A DNA stretch of 64,000 bases from Octopus vulgaris (GCA_951406725.2 OX597815.1:189844001-189908000), one strand, 5' to 3'; shown: positions 13,468-26,670, numbered from the stretch's first letter. Translations and numbers: made by a program. Notes: generated from the letters alone by a model not told the origin.

Positions 13468-14679
13468 TAACATGTCATTTCTGTTCGGTTTACTTACTGA
13501 CTTTAAGCAGTAACAAACAATGGTAGATTGTTAACAGTTTATGCCGTTCTCTCTCTCTTAAAATTTATAAATTATTCACTTTTGTTTTTGAAGTGGAATA
13601 AATTTTGCACATTTAGACATTTAAGAATTGTTAAAGTAATTGTTTTTACAGCTGAATGGTTTTTTGTACTCTAATGGTTATATAATGGTTTATCAGAAGT
13701 GTCAGGAAAACTGGTTTTAGTAATAATATTTAAAGTAAAGAACCTGTACCAAGCAGTCTTAACTAGGTGACCCATAGAAAATATCTCAGGGACATGTTCT
13801 GCATGCAAATAGGAATAGCATTTGTATTTGTGTACCATTTCTCCGTTTTTTACTGTCCTTCTTTTGTATACATTTGCTGCTTTCTTCCAAGGAATCTAGT
13901 GCTCTTAGTTTAGATTTTCCTTGGGGCTGGCCAGATTGAAGCAGTCTTGAGTATAACCAGTCAAAACTGCAAAGATGATCTGGAACTCGACTGAGGAAAG
14001 AAAACTCCGAATGACCCATCCTTGTTTTCTCTTGTCCCTTTTTGTATCATCTGTCTGGATGGTTTGTCGTCGCCTGTTGTATTCTTGTCCCACTTTTTGT
14101 ATTCTTATATATATATATATATATATATATTACGGAGATGTACTTGCATAGCAAGTGACCTGATCTGAGATCGTGTGCTGGAACGGTTTTTGTGTGTTTC
14201 TTAAATGGCTTATAAACACCTTCCACGCTGCAATTGTTTATATATATATATATGTGCGTGTGTATGTGTGTGTGTGTGTGTATACAGGGTAAGAGTTATT
14301 AAAACAATAACTTTTACCAGGGGTCAGCATACGTAATAAAAGTCAGAAAAAATAAATATTTCTATATAACAGTGTATAAAAAATTTACACACACAGAGAA
14401 GGCCACCATGTGGACTTCTAACATGCTGAAAAGAGCAGTCAAAACCCAGACTACGAAAACAAAGATTCTTCTTTAAGGCATGTTGCTTTTAAGTGAGCAG
14501 GATATCTAAATGAATAAAAGTCTCAGTTAAGCCTATACCCATTGAGTTTCTGCATTAATGATCAAATAATCTTTCTTTTCAGGGTTTGAGTTTTGACTGC
14601 CTTTTTCATCATGTAAGAAGTCCACATAGTGGCCTTCTCTCCGTGTATAAATTTTTCATACACTATTATAAATATATAT

Positions 14680-15010
14680 ATTTCGTTTTGGTTTGCAAGA
14701 TTCTTTATATGAGTTCGTGTGTTGAAGCATATTCTGTTGTGTCTGGGGAGAGTCACTTTCTTTTTGTGCCTTATTATTCAACACACTCACCGGTAAAATT
14801 TCCACATATTCCTTATTTTTATTTTCTAAAATTTTCGTTGCATGTTGCAACCTTTTCAATAGTTTTGAGAGTCAAAACTATTGAAAAGGTTGCAAAACGC
14901 AACAAAAAATAATTTTAGAAAATAAAAATTAAGAAATAAGTGGAAATTTTACCAGTGAGTGTGTTAAATAATAAGGCACAAAAAGAAAGTGACTCTCCCC
15001 AGACACAACA
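14680..15010. repeat. Fold-back pLTR-like element with two U3-A8 HHR-like motifs
   Basis: About 140-bp arms centred near 14870; motifs at 14826-14862 (-) and 14878-14917 (+, damaged). Confidence 0.75.
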
Positions 15011-15011
15011 G

Positions 15012-15049
<38 letters not shown>

Positions 15050-15054
15050 TATAT

Positions 15055-15455
15055 ATATTATTATTATCATTATTAATATTAGGAAATCAATATCAAAACT
15101 CCTCAGAAAGATATACATGTGTGAAAATAATTGTTGTATTAAAAATATCTAAATAAATAGATAAATAAATAAATAAATAAATATACATATGTATAAAAAT
15201 ATATGTAAACATGTATAAGTATAAATATATAATGTATACGAGTATCACAGTTAAAAGTTTTGAATTAATTATTTAAATAATTAATTCAAAACTTTTAAAC
15301 TGTCATATACATTATATATTTATACTTATACATATTTACATATATTTTTATACATATTTATATTTACTTATATATTTTTAATGCAACAATTATTTTTCAC
15401 ATGTGTATATCTTTCTGAGGAGTTTTGATAGTGATTTCCTAATATTAATAATAAT
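15055..15455. repeat. About 190-bp-arm AT-rich palindrome
   Basis: aatattaggaaatc...ctcctcagaaagatatac versus gtatatctttctgaggag...gatttcctaatatt; centre near 15275. Confidence 0.85.
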
Positions 15456-15597
15456 ATATTATTTAAAAATATATATGTATATAATCGCTCATATTAAATA
15501 TATAAATACTTTAATAGTATTAATTCTTTGATACAATTGAGCACTCAATATAAATTCAGTATATAATGTTCTTATTGAATATATCTAACTAAAGATT

Positions 15598-15629
<32 letters not shown>

Positions 15630-15633
<4 letters not shown>

Positions 15634-15905
15634 CTCCCCCCTCCTCACCTATCCTTTCCCCCCGACCCCTACTTCTTCAGTCCTTCATCCTTTCACCCCT
15701 ACTCCCCTTCCCTTCTTCCCTCTTTCTCCCTCCCTCTTCCCCTTCCCTCTGCTCCCTCACTCCCTCTCTCCCCTTCTCTCTTTCCCTCTCCCTCTTTCCT
15801 CCTTCATCCCCCTCCTCCCCCATCCTCTCCTCTTCTCCCCTCTCCTCCCCCTCTTCTTCCCCTCCCCTTCTCTCCCCCTCTTCTCCCCCTCCCCCTCTTC
15901 TCCTC
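15630..15905. repeat. Polypyrimidine/polypurine low-complexity tract
   Basis: Almost only C/T on the plus strand. Confidence 0.9.
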
Positions 15906-15949
15906 ACTACACCACATGACTTTACACATCACATCACATATGATGTGCC

Positions 15950-16285
15950 ATACTAATACACACACCAACTAATACATACTAATACGTACTAATACATACT
16001 AGTACATACTAATACATACACCAACCCTATACATACACACGTCCAGACCCCGCATACGCACTTATACTCTCTCATACACACACACACACACTTATACATA
16101 CCAATACGTACTAATACATACTAATACATACTAATACATACACCAACCCCATACATACGCACGTCCAGACCAATCCTACGCACTAATACTCTCTCATACA
16201 CACACACACACACACCCTTATACATACTAATACATACACCAACCCTATACATACACACATCCAGACCCCTCCTACGCACTATTAG
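15950..16285. repeat. Tandem repeat of about 120-nt units with ATACTAATAC subunits
   Basis: Three copies of catacaccaaccc...tccagacc...acgcact. Confidence 0.75.
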
Positions 16286-16446
16286 CTGGTCCCTCAACCC
16301 TTTTATCAACCCTATTATCTCCCCTTATTTCGCTCTCGCGTCTCATGTTTGATCTTTGACCTCTGGCCGAAATCAGATCGCCATGTTGATTCGTTAGCAC
16401 GCATTTTTTTTCTCTCCTTCTTTCTGTGTTTTTCTCTCTCTGTGTA

Positions 16447-16484
16447 TCTTTCTGTTGAAGAGCGTAGGCTCGAAACGTTAAAGA
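16447..16484 (+). ncRNA. HHR-like motif, CUGUUGA core variant
   Basis: tcttt CTGTTGA a gagc-gtag-gctc GAAAC GTT aaaga. Confidence 0.65.
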
Positions 16485-17541
16485 CTTGTTTTATTTATAT
16501 TTCCTGAGCGCCATACTAATACAATTGTTCGTTTGTTTTCCACCTGCCTTCGTCTTTTGTTTATTTTCATAAAGCTTCCCGTTATATATATACATATACA
16601 TATACACACATTTTGGTGTTATTTGAACCCAGAAAGTCAAGAGCTGGAAGAAGCACTGCCAAGTAATTTTCCTGACACACTAATGATTCTGCCAGCTTCC
16701 TGCCTTAAATACCTCTCTAACAATGATTTCAAATTTCGGCACAAGGCCAACAATTTCAAGGGAGTGGTAAATAAAATTATATTGACCCTAGTATTCAACT
16801 GGTATTTATTTTATCAACTCTGAAAGGGTGAAAGGCAAAGTCAATCTCAGTGGAATTTGAACTTGGAATGTAAAGTTGGATGAAATGCCCTAATTAAAAA
16901 TCCTGCCAACTCACTGCCTTAAATACTAATGAGTTTGTGTATCTGGTCTGTTGGTAATATGTCAAATTATTACTTTATAATTCATATTCTGATGGCCCAA
17001 AGTTGCGTAAGTCTGTCGACTGTAAAAGATGAACTTCACTAAACACCATCATCTTCATTTAACGTCTTATTTTTCATGCTGGCATGGATTAGACGATTTT
17101 GAAGGAGCTGGCAAGGTTGAGAGCTGGACCATACTCCATTGTCTGTTTTGGCTTGGTTACTACAGCCTGATACCCTTCCTAACTCCAACTACTTTACAGA
17201 ATTTATATATATATATATATGTGTATATATATATATATATATCTATATATAAGTATAGTCGTCACTACAGTGACAGAGGGTGCCAGTCAGCACCAGAATT
17301 CCTAGAAATACAAGTCGAAACAACTCTTAGCCACGTGAGGACACTTTTCTAATGACTGGCTAAGAGTTGTTTTGACAGTTATTTCTAGCAATGCTGACTG
17401 GGCACCCTCAATTATTTTAGTGGCAACTACGCTTGCAGCCTTTTGAATTGTCAGTCACCACATACAATGTATTTCACTATAAACAGACATCGTGTTGAAT
17501 TGAGGGCAGCAAGCTAACAGAATTTTTTTTTAAATGTGTTA

Positions 17542-17599
17542 TCTCTGTATCGATTGATTTCGGGATTAATCCAATGGATATTTCCTTCATCAGCAGAGA
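17542..17599 (-). ncRNA. Type I hammerhead ribozyme motif (canonical core)
   Basis: Minus strand: tctctg CTGATGA a gga..atcc/ggat..tcc c GAAATC aatc GATA cagaga; all three stems present. Confidence 0.85.
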
Positions 17600-18144
17600 A
17601 TACAATAAGAAATAAATGAAATGCTTACAAGCACCCATGGAAAAAGTAGAAGCAAAGTCATTTGTATGCATAAGCACCCCAAACATATGTAAATATAAAT
17701 TCGGTAACAAGCCTCAATGCATGTGTAATCAGTCAGGAACCACAGCTTAGAGTGGTCACCAGTCCCAAAGTGAATGGTAATAATTTTACTTCTAGTATAG
17801 GATAAAATTTTTCAAAAAATTTCATCAAGTGGCCAGCATATTAAGATATCTTTTAAGGAGAAAATTATAAGCAATTATAATTAAGGGCAGAAGAAAAATT
17901 TGTATGCCAATATGCTGAGAAATATATTGTATATGGTGTTTGATGATTTAAATTCTATTTTTCAGCATATTGGCATAGAAATTTTTCTTTTGCCCTTATT
18001 TATAATTGTGGAGTAGATGAAACAGGGACGACTGATGAAGGGGCATATTCTTTATGTTGCATGTCTCGTGTATACATACATATATATTTATAGATATATG
18101 CATACATACATATATATATGTATGTATATATATATATGCATGTA

Positions 18145-18184
<40 letters not shown>

Positions 18185-18364
18185 CAACAATTGAGGGTAA
18201 AATTAATTAGCTATTAATCAATTTCACCAAGTATTCAGTATGTAAAGGGACCATTTAAGGCGAATTCAAAATATTACATTGTATAAAAGGGCTTAGTAAA
18301 ATAAATTACTTTGCCACATACTGAACTCATTAGAAATAGCAGCCCAAAAAAAGATTTTGTAGCC

Positions 18365-18421
<57 letters not shown>

Positions 18422-19745
18422 AATTAATAAATAAAACATATGCATATATACATACATACATATATGTATGTACCTACCTCTACATGTATATATACATGCA
18501 TATATGGGTACAGGACACCAAAAAAACGTTGAACACAATGAGAAATGAAAACATAAACACAAAACCAAGGAAATGGACATTTTTCTTAAACAACAAAAAA
18601 ATAGAGTACAGGACATACAAAACAAGGAAAATTCCCCTTTTTCAGTCACCTTTGTTTCATCTACTCCACGTTTCAACATCATCATCATCATACAAGGTCT
18701 GTTGTCAATACTGGTATGGGTTGGACAGTTTGACAGAAACTGGCATGGTTGGGAGCCATACCAGGCTCTATCATCTATTTTGTCTTGGTTTCTACAGTTG
18801 GGTGGCGTCCCTAACACTAACCATTTTTTACAGATGTTTTTCATATAGCAAACAATTGGCCCTAAAAATGAATCCTGCTCTATGCCAATAAAGGAATGAA
18901 AACTTTAGATAAAACTCCATTGTAACTACAATGAGGAAAACAGATTAATATTTGTTAACAAATGTATGGATATTTCTTTTGCAGCAATCCTCAATAGAAA
19001 TAAACACAACATTATTAGCTGTGTAAATATATATTTGTTTCCAAATGATAATAAATGAGTGATTGAATCAATCAATCGTACCTATTGTAATCCTGAACAC
19101 AACTTAGCCTAATATTGTTGAACAAACACAAGTTAAACTGGGTCAGTGTTTCAGATTGGAATATCATATCTTAACCAGCAATTGTTAAGTCGTTTCATTC
19201 AATTTACCGAAAAAGTTGTTGATAAAAATCTTTTCTATGAAGAAAAAAAATAAACAAAATTACTGCATAAGTTACAGTGAAACTGGAGTATTAATGATGG
19301 AGAACCATCACTTGTTATGGCACCACACACACAGAGACTGAGATTATATTTTACCTGAAATCATGGACAAGCTTTCCTATTTAACTCATAAAATCAATAC
19401 TTACACTGTAGCTGTTCATAATAGAACAGTAAGTAGTGTTACAAGGAATTTAGGAAGCTTTTGTTTTTGTTAATAATTTAGTATTTTTTTTTCTCTCTTT
19501 GCAAAAAGACAGTTGTAGGTGTTAAAGGTTAGACACAAATACTGCGATGCATTAAATCATGGTTTGCAAAGTTCATGAAATCAAGTAGAAGACCTACAAA
19601 CAGCTACGAGGCCTGAAAAATATATTATTTTCTAGAAGTGTAATCATAAAGACTATCATAAACCATGTTCTTGAAACAATTAGGGTGGAAAGCAAGTCTT
19701 GTTGCATTTCTAACGCATTCGTTTTGGAAGTACTATTTCAATATT

Positions 19746-19991
19746 TACTCTTTTACTCTTTTACTTGTTTCAGTCATTTGACTGCGGCCATGCTGGAGCA
19801 CCGCCTTTAATCGAGCAACTCGACCCCGGGACTTATTCTTTTGTAAGCCCAGTACTTATTCTATCGGTCTCTTAGCCGAACCGCTAAGTAACGGGGACAT
19901 AAACACACCAGCATCGGTTGTCAAGCAATGCTAGGGGGACAATCACAGACACACAAACACACACATCATCATCATCATCACATCGTTTAGC

Positions 19992-20040
<49 letters not shown>

Positions 20041-20205
20041 TACTACGGGCTTCTTTCAGTTTCCGTCTACCAAATCCACTCACAAGGCTTTGGTCGGCCT
20101 GAGGCAATAGTAGAAGACACTTGCCTAAGGTGCCACGCAGTGGGACTGAACCGGAACCATGTGGTTGGTAAACAAGCTACTTACCACACAGCCACTCCTG
20201 TGCCT
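19746..20205 (-). mobile_element. Major tRNA-derived SINE, full length
   Basis: Head and tail match other copies. Confidence 0.9.
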
Positions 20206-20256
20206 ATGGAAAAATAAACATTAATGTTTTTTTCTTTCTTCACAGGTTTCTTTATA

Positions 20257-20453
20257 TCATCATCATCATCATTGTTGTTTAACGTCCGTTTTCCATGCTA
20301 GCATGGGTTGGAGGGTTCGACCGGGATCTGGGAGGCCAGGAGGCTGCACCAGGCTCCAGTCTGATCTGGCAGTGTTTCTACAGCTGGATACCCTTCCTAA
20401 CTCCAACCACTCTGTGAGTGTAGTGGGTGCTTTTTACGTGCCACCGGCACAGG
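20257..20453 (-). mobile_element. RTE 3' UTR fragment
   Basis: Similar to 59041-59230. Confidence 0.8.
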
Positions 20454-20829
20454 GGAAAAATGAATTAAAAAGGCTTTTCTGATAATTTCTCCACTTTAAC
20501 GATTAGATGTTCATAAGTTCACAAAAAGGTGACTCAGATAGGAGTTTGAAAACCACTTTTAAGGGAGAAATTCCTATCAGAGTCACACTTTTGTAAGCTT
20601 ATAAAGATCCAGTTATTAAAGTAATCTTATTAGAGTGTGAAAAGAGGGTTAGGGTTTTTTGAATAACTGTGTGTTTCTTAAATGGCTTACAAACACCTTC
20701 CACACTGCAATTGTTTTCATTCCAGCACACGATCTCAGATCAAATCACTTGCCTTGCGAGTACATCTCCGTAATATATGGAGGTTACTGTAACTAAATTT
20801 ACATCGATTTTATCTTTTAAAATTAGTTT

Positions 20830-21281
20830 ACATGAAAGCCATATCAGATACAGTATGCTGTATGAATTCAAAATGTGATCTTCAGCAATCAAAGCAGAAA
20901 GAAATATTCATTCTGTCTATGAAAATGAAGCTTTGAGAGTCTGGACATACTAAAAATGGTTTGGTCAGTTTTGCTCAGGAAATTTTTCTCTTGCAGATTC
21001 CCATCGATCTGAATTACAAAGTTCAGCCAATATCGAGTTTCTGAAAACCTTATTTACTCTTTACACTTTCTTTACTCTTTTACATGTTTCAGTCATTTGA
21101 CTGCAACCATGCTGGAGCACCGCCTTTAGTCGAGCAAATCGACCCCGGGACTTATTCTTTGTAAGCCCAGTACTTTTTCTATCGGTCCCTTTTGCTGAAC
21201 CGCTAAGTGACGGGGATGTAAACACACCAGCATCGGTTGTCAAGCAATGCTAGGAGGACAAACACAGACACACAAACACAT

Positions 21282-21329
<48 letters not shown>

Positions 21330-22130
21330 CAGACTTCTTTCAGTTTCCGTCTACCAAATCCACTCACAAGGCATTGGTCGGCCCGTTGCTATAGCAGAAG
21401 ACACTTGCCCAAGATGCCACACAGTGGGACTGAACCCGGAACCATGTGGTTGGTTAGCAAGCTACTTACCACACAGCCACTCCTGTGCCTTTGATGAAAA
21501 TTCCAAGCAAGCTGGATGAGAATTAAGAAAACAATTCAGTTCAAGTCCCACTTTGATCATAAAGCACCTTCACGAATTAGAAAAAGTGTCTAAACTTGGT
21601 CAGATTGCTTCTCAGCTTAACCAAGGAGTTACTTTCTGCTTGTCATTGAAGATGGAACTGCAACAAAACCTCTTCAAGATAGAATCATCACAAATGATGG
21701 AAAGTTGGTTCCCTACAACCATATTCAATGAAAAACGATAATGGTTAGCAGCTAATGAGAAAAACAAATCAGAGCTAAGTTACATTCTTTGTCTGGTAGG
21801 ACATGAAGAGTGTTGGCTGCCATAGAGTTTTGAACCAAAATAGAACATTTAATACAAATACTGGAATCATTACACAAACTTTCGTAGAACAAGTGCAAAG
21901 TAATTCAGGAAATGATTACGACAGCAAATATGAATGTTTTGTCTCATTCTCCTTACTCGTCTGGTCTTGTTCCATCTGACTGTTATCATTTCAGATCATT
22001 GCAGCATTTTTTAGAAGGAAATTAGCTTATTAATTGTGAAAAGGTTGAAAATGGTGTGGAGTGCTTCTTTGCTTTGCAACTTGAAGAATTTTACAATTCG
22101 CCAAATAGATGGGATTATGTTATCAATGTT
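20830..22130 (+). mobile_element. Decayed mariner interrupted by a SINE (21055-21490, -)
   Basis: Translates AERNIHSVYENEAL...KWFGQFCSGNFSL, KHLHELEKVSKLG and PYSSGLVPSDCYHFRSLQHFL. Confidence 0.8.
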
Positions 22131-22136
22131 ATCAGG

Positions 22137-22314
22137 TACAGGAGTAGCTGTGGTGTGATAAGTAGCTTGCTTACCAACCACATGGTTCTGGGTTCAGTCC
22201 CACTGCATAGCATCTTGGGCAAGTGTCTTCTACTATAGCCTCAGGCTGACCAAAGCCTTGTGAGTGGATTTGGAAGACAGAAACTGAAAGAAGCATGTCG
22301 TATGTGTGTGTGTA

Positions 22315-22369
<55 letters not shown>

Positions 22370-23064
22370 CTGTGTATGCGTGCATGTGTATTCGTTTGTC
22401 TGTGTTTGTATGTTTATGTCCCCATCACTTAGCAGTTCAGCGAAAGAGACCAATAGAATAAGTTATAGGCTTACAATGAATAAGTCCTGGGGCTGGTATG
22501 TTCTGCTAAAGGTGGTGCTCCAGCATGGCTGCAGTCAAATGACTGAAACAAGTAGATAAGTAATAAAGAGGGGAAATATTATCTTGATTAGATATATTAC
22601 TTAAGACCAAAGGAATATTGTTTCTTTTCCACCTGGAAGTGCTACTGTCATTTCTTCCCAACCTCTCTTTCTCTTTTACTCTTTTACTAGTTTCAGTCAT
22701 TTGACTGCGACCATGCTGGAGCACCGCCTTTAGTCGAGCAAATCGACCCCAGGACTTATTCTTTGTAAGCCCATTACTTATTCTATCGGACTCTTTTGCC
22801 GAACCGCTAAGTGACGGGGACCTAAACACACCAGCATCGGTTGTCAAGCAATGCTAGGGTGACAAACACAGACGCACAAACATATGCACATACATATATA
22901 CGACAGGCTTCTTTCAGTTTCCGTCTACCAAATCCACTCACAAGGCATTGGTCAGCCCGAGGCTATAGCAGAAGACACTTGCCCAAGATGCCACACAGTG
23001 GGACTGAACCCAGAACCATGTGGCTGGTAAGCAAGCTACTTACCACACAACCACTCCTATGCCT
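22137..23064. mobile_element. Two major SINE copies tail-to-tail (22137-22555 +, 22672-23064 -)
   Basis: Both near full length, opposite orientation. Confidence 0.9.
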
Positions 23065-23353
23065 AATTCTTAGAAATTTAAATTGTTGTTCATAAACCCA
23101 TCATCATTTAATTTCCACTTGCATTGGTCAGATTAAATTTGTTAAGGCATATTTTCTACAGCCTGATGCCCTAGAAATTTAATGAAAATACACTGTAGCT
23201 GTTATTTGATTTGGAGGTCAATGCAGCCAAAATAGAAATGGGAAATAATTGTTGTGGGATTATCAAAATTTATTTAAAGGATTCAAAGTTTGTAACAGCT
23301 AAAACAAACAGTTATGAGAACAATAGGAAGAAAGAAATTTGTGAAGAATTTTT

Positions 23354-23590
23354 GAAGGCAGTGAGCTGGCAGAAACGTTAGCATGCTGGGCGAAATGCTC
23401 ATCAGTATTTCGTCTGTCTTTAAGTTCTGAGTTCAAATTCCGCCGAGGTCGACTTTGCCTTTCATCCTTTCGGGGTCGATTAGATAAGTACCAGTGACAC
23501 ACTGGGGTTGATATAATCGACTTAATCTATTTGTCAGTCCTTGTTTGTCCCCTCTGTGTGTAGCCCCTTGTGGGCAGTAAAGAAATAAGG
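23354..23590 (+). mobile_element. Second SINE family
   Basis: gagctggcagaaacgttag...gagttcaaattcc; copies at 47247-47662, 49217-49450, 12860-13030. Confidence 0.85.
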
Positions 23591-23927
23591 AATTTGTGAA
23601 GAATCTTTTGAGAATTAATACATATGAGAGTCAACAACTATCAAAACGGTTGCAAGATAACGAAAATTTTAGTAAAAATGAATAAGTAAATGAAAGGAAA
23701 TCAGACTGGTGAGTGTGTTAAATCAATAAGGCATTAAAAGAGAATGACTCACCCCAGACACAATAAAATATGCTTCAACACACGAATTCACATAAAGAAT
23801 CTTGTAAACCAAATACAAAAACAAAATATATATGTAATGCTTTTATACTAGTATTGCTTATATATTACCAGTGTTGTTTATATAATGAACTATGTACATC
23901 AGCAGCTCAGTTAAAAATTATATTTTA

Positions 23928-24293
23928 CTAGCAGTATCGCCTGGCGTTGCTCGGGTTTGTAAGGGAAATAACTATATAAGCATTTTTAGAGAGTTATAGC
24001 CAAAAAATAGCAAAAAAATGCATTAAAAATGGAAAAAAAATTATGGTAATTTTTTTTTTAAATCGTTGACTCATCGTAGACATTTTTAGAGTTACTTCCC
24101 TTATATAATAGCGAGAAAAAATGCATTAAAATCATAGACTTATCGTAGACACGCGCTAATACCCAGAAGGGCTCGATATGAATCATGACTATAAGATACC
24201 CGGTTTTAGTTAAACTGCACCGCAAAATGTGTGAGTAGTTAGGAATCTAAATCATAGGAGACAGACACACAACTTCACTTTTATATATAAAGA
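23928..24293 (-). mobile_element. Non-autonomous Helitron
   Basis: Hairpin+CTAG end shared with 2080-2461; TC start resembles 13049-13467. Confidence 0.8.
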
Positions 24294-25532
24294 TGTGTTA
24301 GGAAAGCATAACTATATCATATATATATATATATATATATATACCCAGGCCTATTCCTCATTTTTTTTGTGATGAGTGGGTAACCACAGCAAGACACACA
24401 CCAGGCATTCCATTTATTCCTCAGCTCAAAGGAGCGAGCCCGGTTCTATGCTCAGGTCAAGGGTGTGGGTTCGACTACTGCACCAGTGGGGCATTGCATT
24501 CTTGAGCAGAGCACTTAATTTTACATTGCTCCAGTTTGCTCAGCTATAATAAATAGCATCCAGGAACTGAAACAGCCCTCACTCCCTCAATGCAACCCCC
24601 AATATGAGCAGCAGGGCCTGACAAACTATGCTAGTTTATCCCAGCAAATAAGTATATCATAAGAATTGAAATTTATAGGAATTTGCTTAATATTTATTAT
24701 TTTTTTTATAGGAAAGTAATAAATCATAATAAACCATAATAAATCATTGCTTAAAGAGTACTAACTGTTATACAATAAATTAACATCGTCCAAATACATG
24801 TTATTTTTATGTATAATTATAGAACTGAACATAAAGTCAAGACAGTTTTATGAATGCTATTGAGATTTGTTAAACACCTCTAAATGCTGATGTGAGGAAA
24901 TCACAGTATCTCCATTTAAATGTTTCAGTTGGCTATGGAGTTATTCTGGTGACCACAATACTTAGAATTGAATAGCTTCCAAGATCTTTTTAGCACTACT
25001 TTTATCAATACTAAAGAGAAGAATGGCCAAATCATGGCAGACAACGTTCTGACTCAGAACCACAAGGCATGGCAAACTAATAACGATATTTTATTTTTCT
25101 TTGCTGTACTATACACTGATTAAGTATAAAAGTATAAAAAAAAAATAAGAAAAATAAAATTGAAAGAAACGGAAAGAAAGAGAAATCTAGCTTAAGAGAT
25201 GTAGCAAAATTTGTGCCAAAAACGTAATTATTCCTAATTTGAAATGCAATGTAATGTTGAATTGTAAGAAATGTAATGTAACGTAGGATTTTTTTTTAAT
25301 AAACATATAATTTTAGCTCTGCTGAGAAATATAAACAAAGCAGTGTAAATTAAATAATTAATCATATTTGGCAATAATGAAATTTTTTTTTAAATGTTTA
25401 TTTTTTAAGCTATAGAATTTAACTGGATATGGCAACCAAATATTAGTGAACGCATACTATGGTATTGATGTTAAACTAAGGATAGCCTATGACCAAAAGA
25501 TTTCCAGTCATGAACCACCCCATTTCTTTTAA

Positions 25533-25751
25533 CCCTTTAGTATTTAAACCGGCCATATCCGGCCAAAATAGCTAATCTGTTTTATGTTCAAAGTGACCAG
25601 ATCCAGGCCCTCACACCTACCCTACAATGTTATTCCACATTAAGTAATTACACCATCAAGATCTTGAAGATATGAGATAATGCATGATTAATTCAAATCA
25701 ATGGGAATCAATAAGCATTATGTTTGATAGAATAATCTGAACACTAAAGGG
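25533..25751. mobile_element. piggyBac-like MITE
   Basis: TTAA|CCCTTTAGT...ACTAAAGGG|TTAA. Confidence 0.85.
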
Positions 25752-26087
25752 TTAAGCAATATGCATCCAGAACCAATGTGTCCTCTCCCTTCAAAGATGT
25801 CAGATTATGATATGAAGGAGAATACGTCGTTGTGTGTATGTTCGTGTGTGTGTGTGAGTGTGTGTGTTTGTTTGTGTTTGTTCCCAACCACCACTTGACA
25901 ACTGGTGTTGGTGTGTTTACGTCCCTGTAACTTAGCAGATCAGCAAAAGAAACCAATAGAATAAGTACCAGAGTTTAAAAAAAGTGCTGGGGTTGATTTA
26001 TTTGATTAAAATTCTTCAAGGAAGTGTCCCAGCATGGCAGCAGTTTAAACAAGTAAAAGTAAAATAAAGAGAAGATATACATATATA

Positions 26088-26310
26088 GAGGCGCAATGGC
26101 CTAGTGGTTAGGGCAGCGGACTCGCGGTCGCAGGATCGCGGTTTCGATTCTCAGATCGGGCGTTGTGTGTGTTTATTGAGCGAAAACACCTAAAAGCTCT
26201 ACGAGGCTCCGGCAGGGGGTGGTGATCCCTGCTGTACTCTTTCACCACAATGGCGGTGCCCCAGCATGGCCACAGCTCAAGAGCTGAAACTGGAAAAACA
26301 AAAACAAAAT
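26088..26310 (+). mobile_element. tRNA-derived SINE
   Basis: TGGCCTAGTGG A box, GTTTCGATTC B box. Confidence 0.75.
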
Positions 26311-26407
26311 ATAGCTTACTATACATGCTTGATTTTAGGTTTTCTATTTTCCTTGTAATGGGCCTGAGATTTTAGGTAAATACCCAGTTTGTACTTGGAA
26401 TGTGTGT

Positions 26408-26670
26408 GAAGGCGCATGGCTTAGTGGTTAGGGCATTTGGCTCACGATTGTAAGGTCGTGAGTTCGATTCCCGGCGACGCATCGTGTCCTTGAGCAAGAC
26501 ACTTTATTTCATGTTGCTACAGTCCACTCAGCTGGAGTTGTACCAATATTTCTACATTAGGGGTACACGTGTCTGTGGATTGCTCAGTCACTTGCACGTT
26601 AATTTCACAAGCAGGCTGTTCCATTGATCGTATCAGCTGGGACCCTCGTCGTCGTAACTGACAGAGTGCT
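26408..26670 (+). mobile_element. tRNA-derived SINE
   Basis: A/B boxes; homologous to 52717-53040. Confidence 0.8.

Noticed and set aside
15950-16285. CRISPR-like repeat/spacer appearance
   Set aside because: Degenerate minisatellite without unique spacers; eukaryotic context, no cas genes
19918-20217. Recurrent ORFs such as LLSVSVYQIHSQG and MTETSKRV
   Set aside because: Chance frames in SINE copies, not genes
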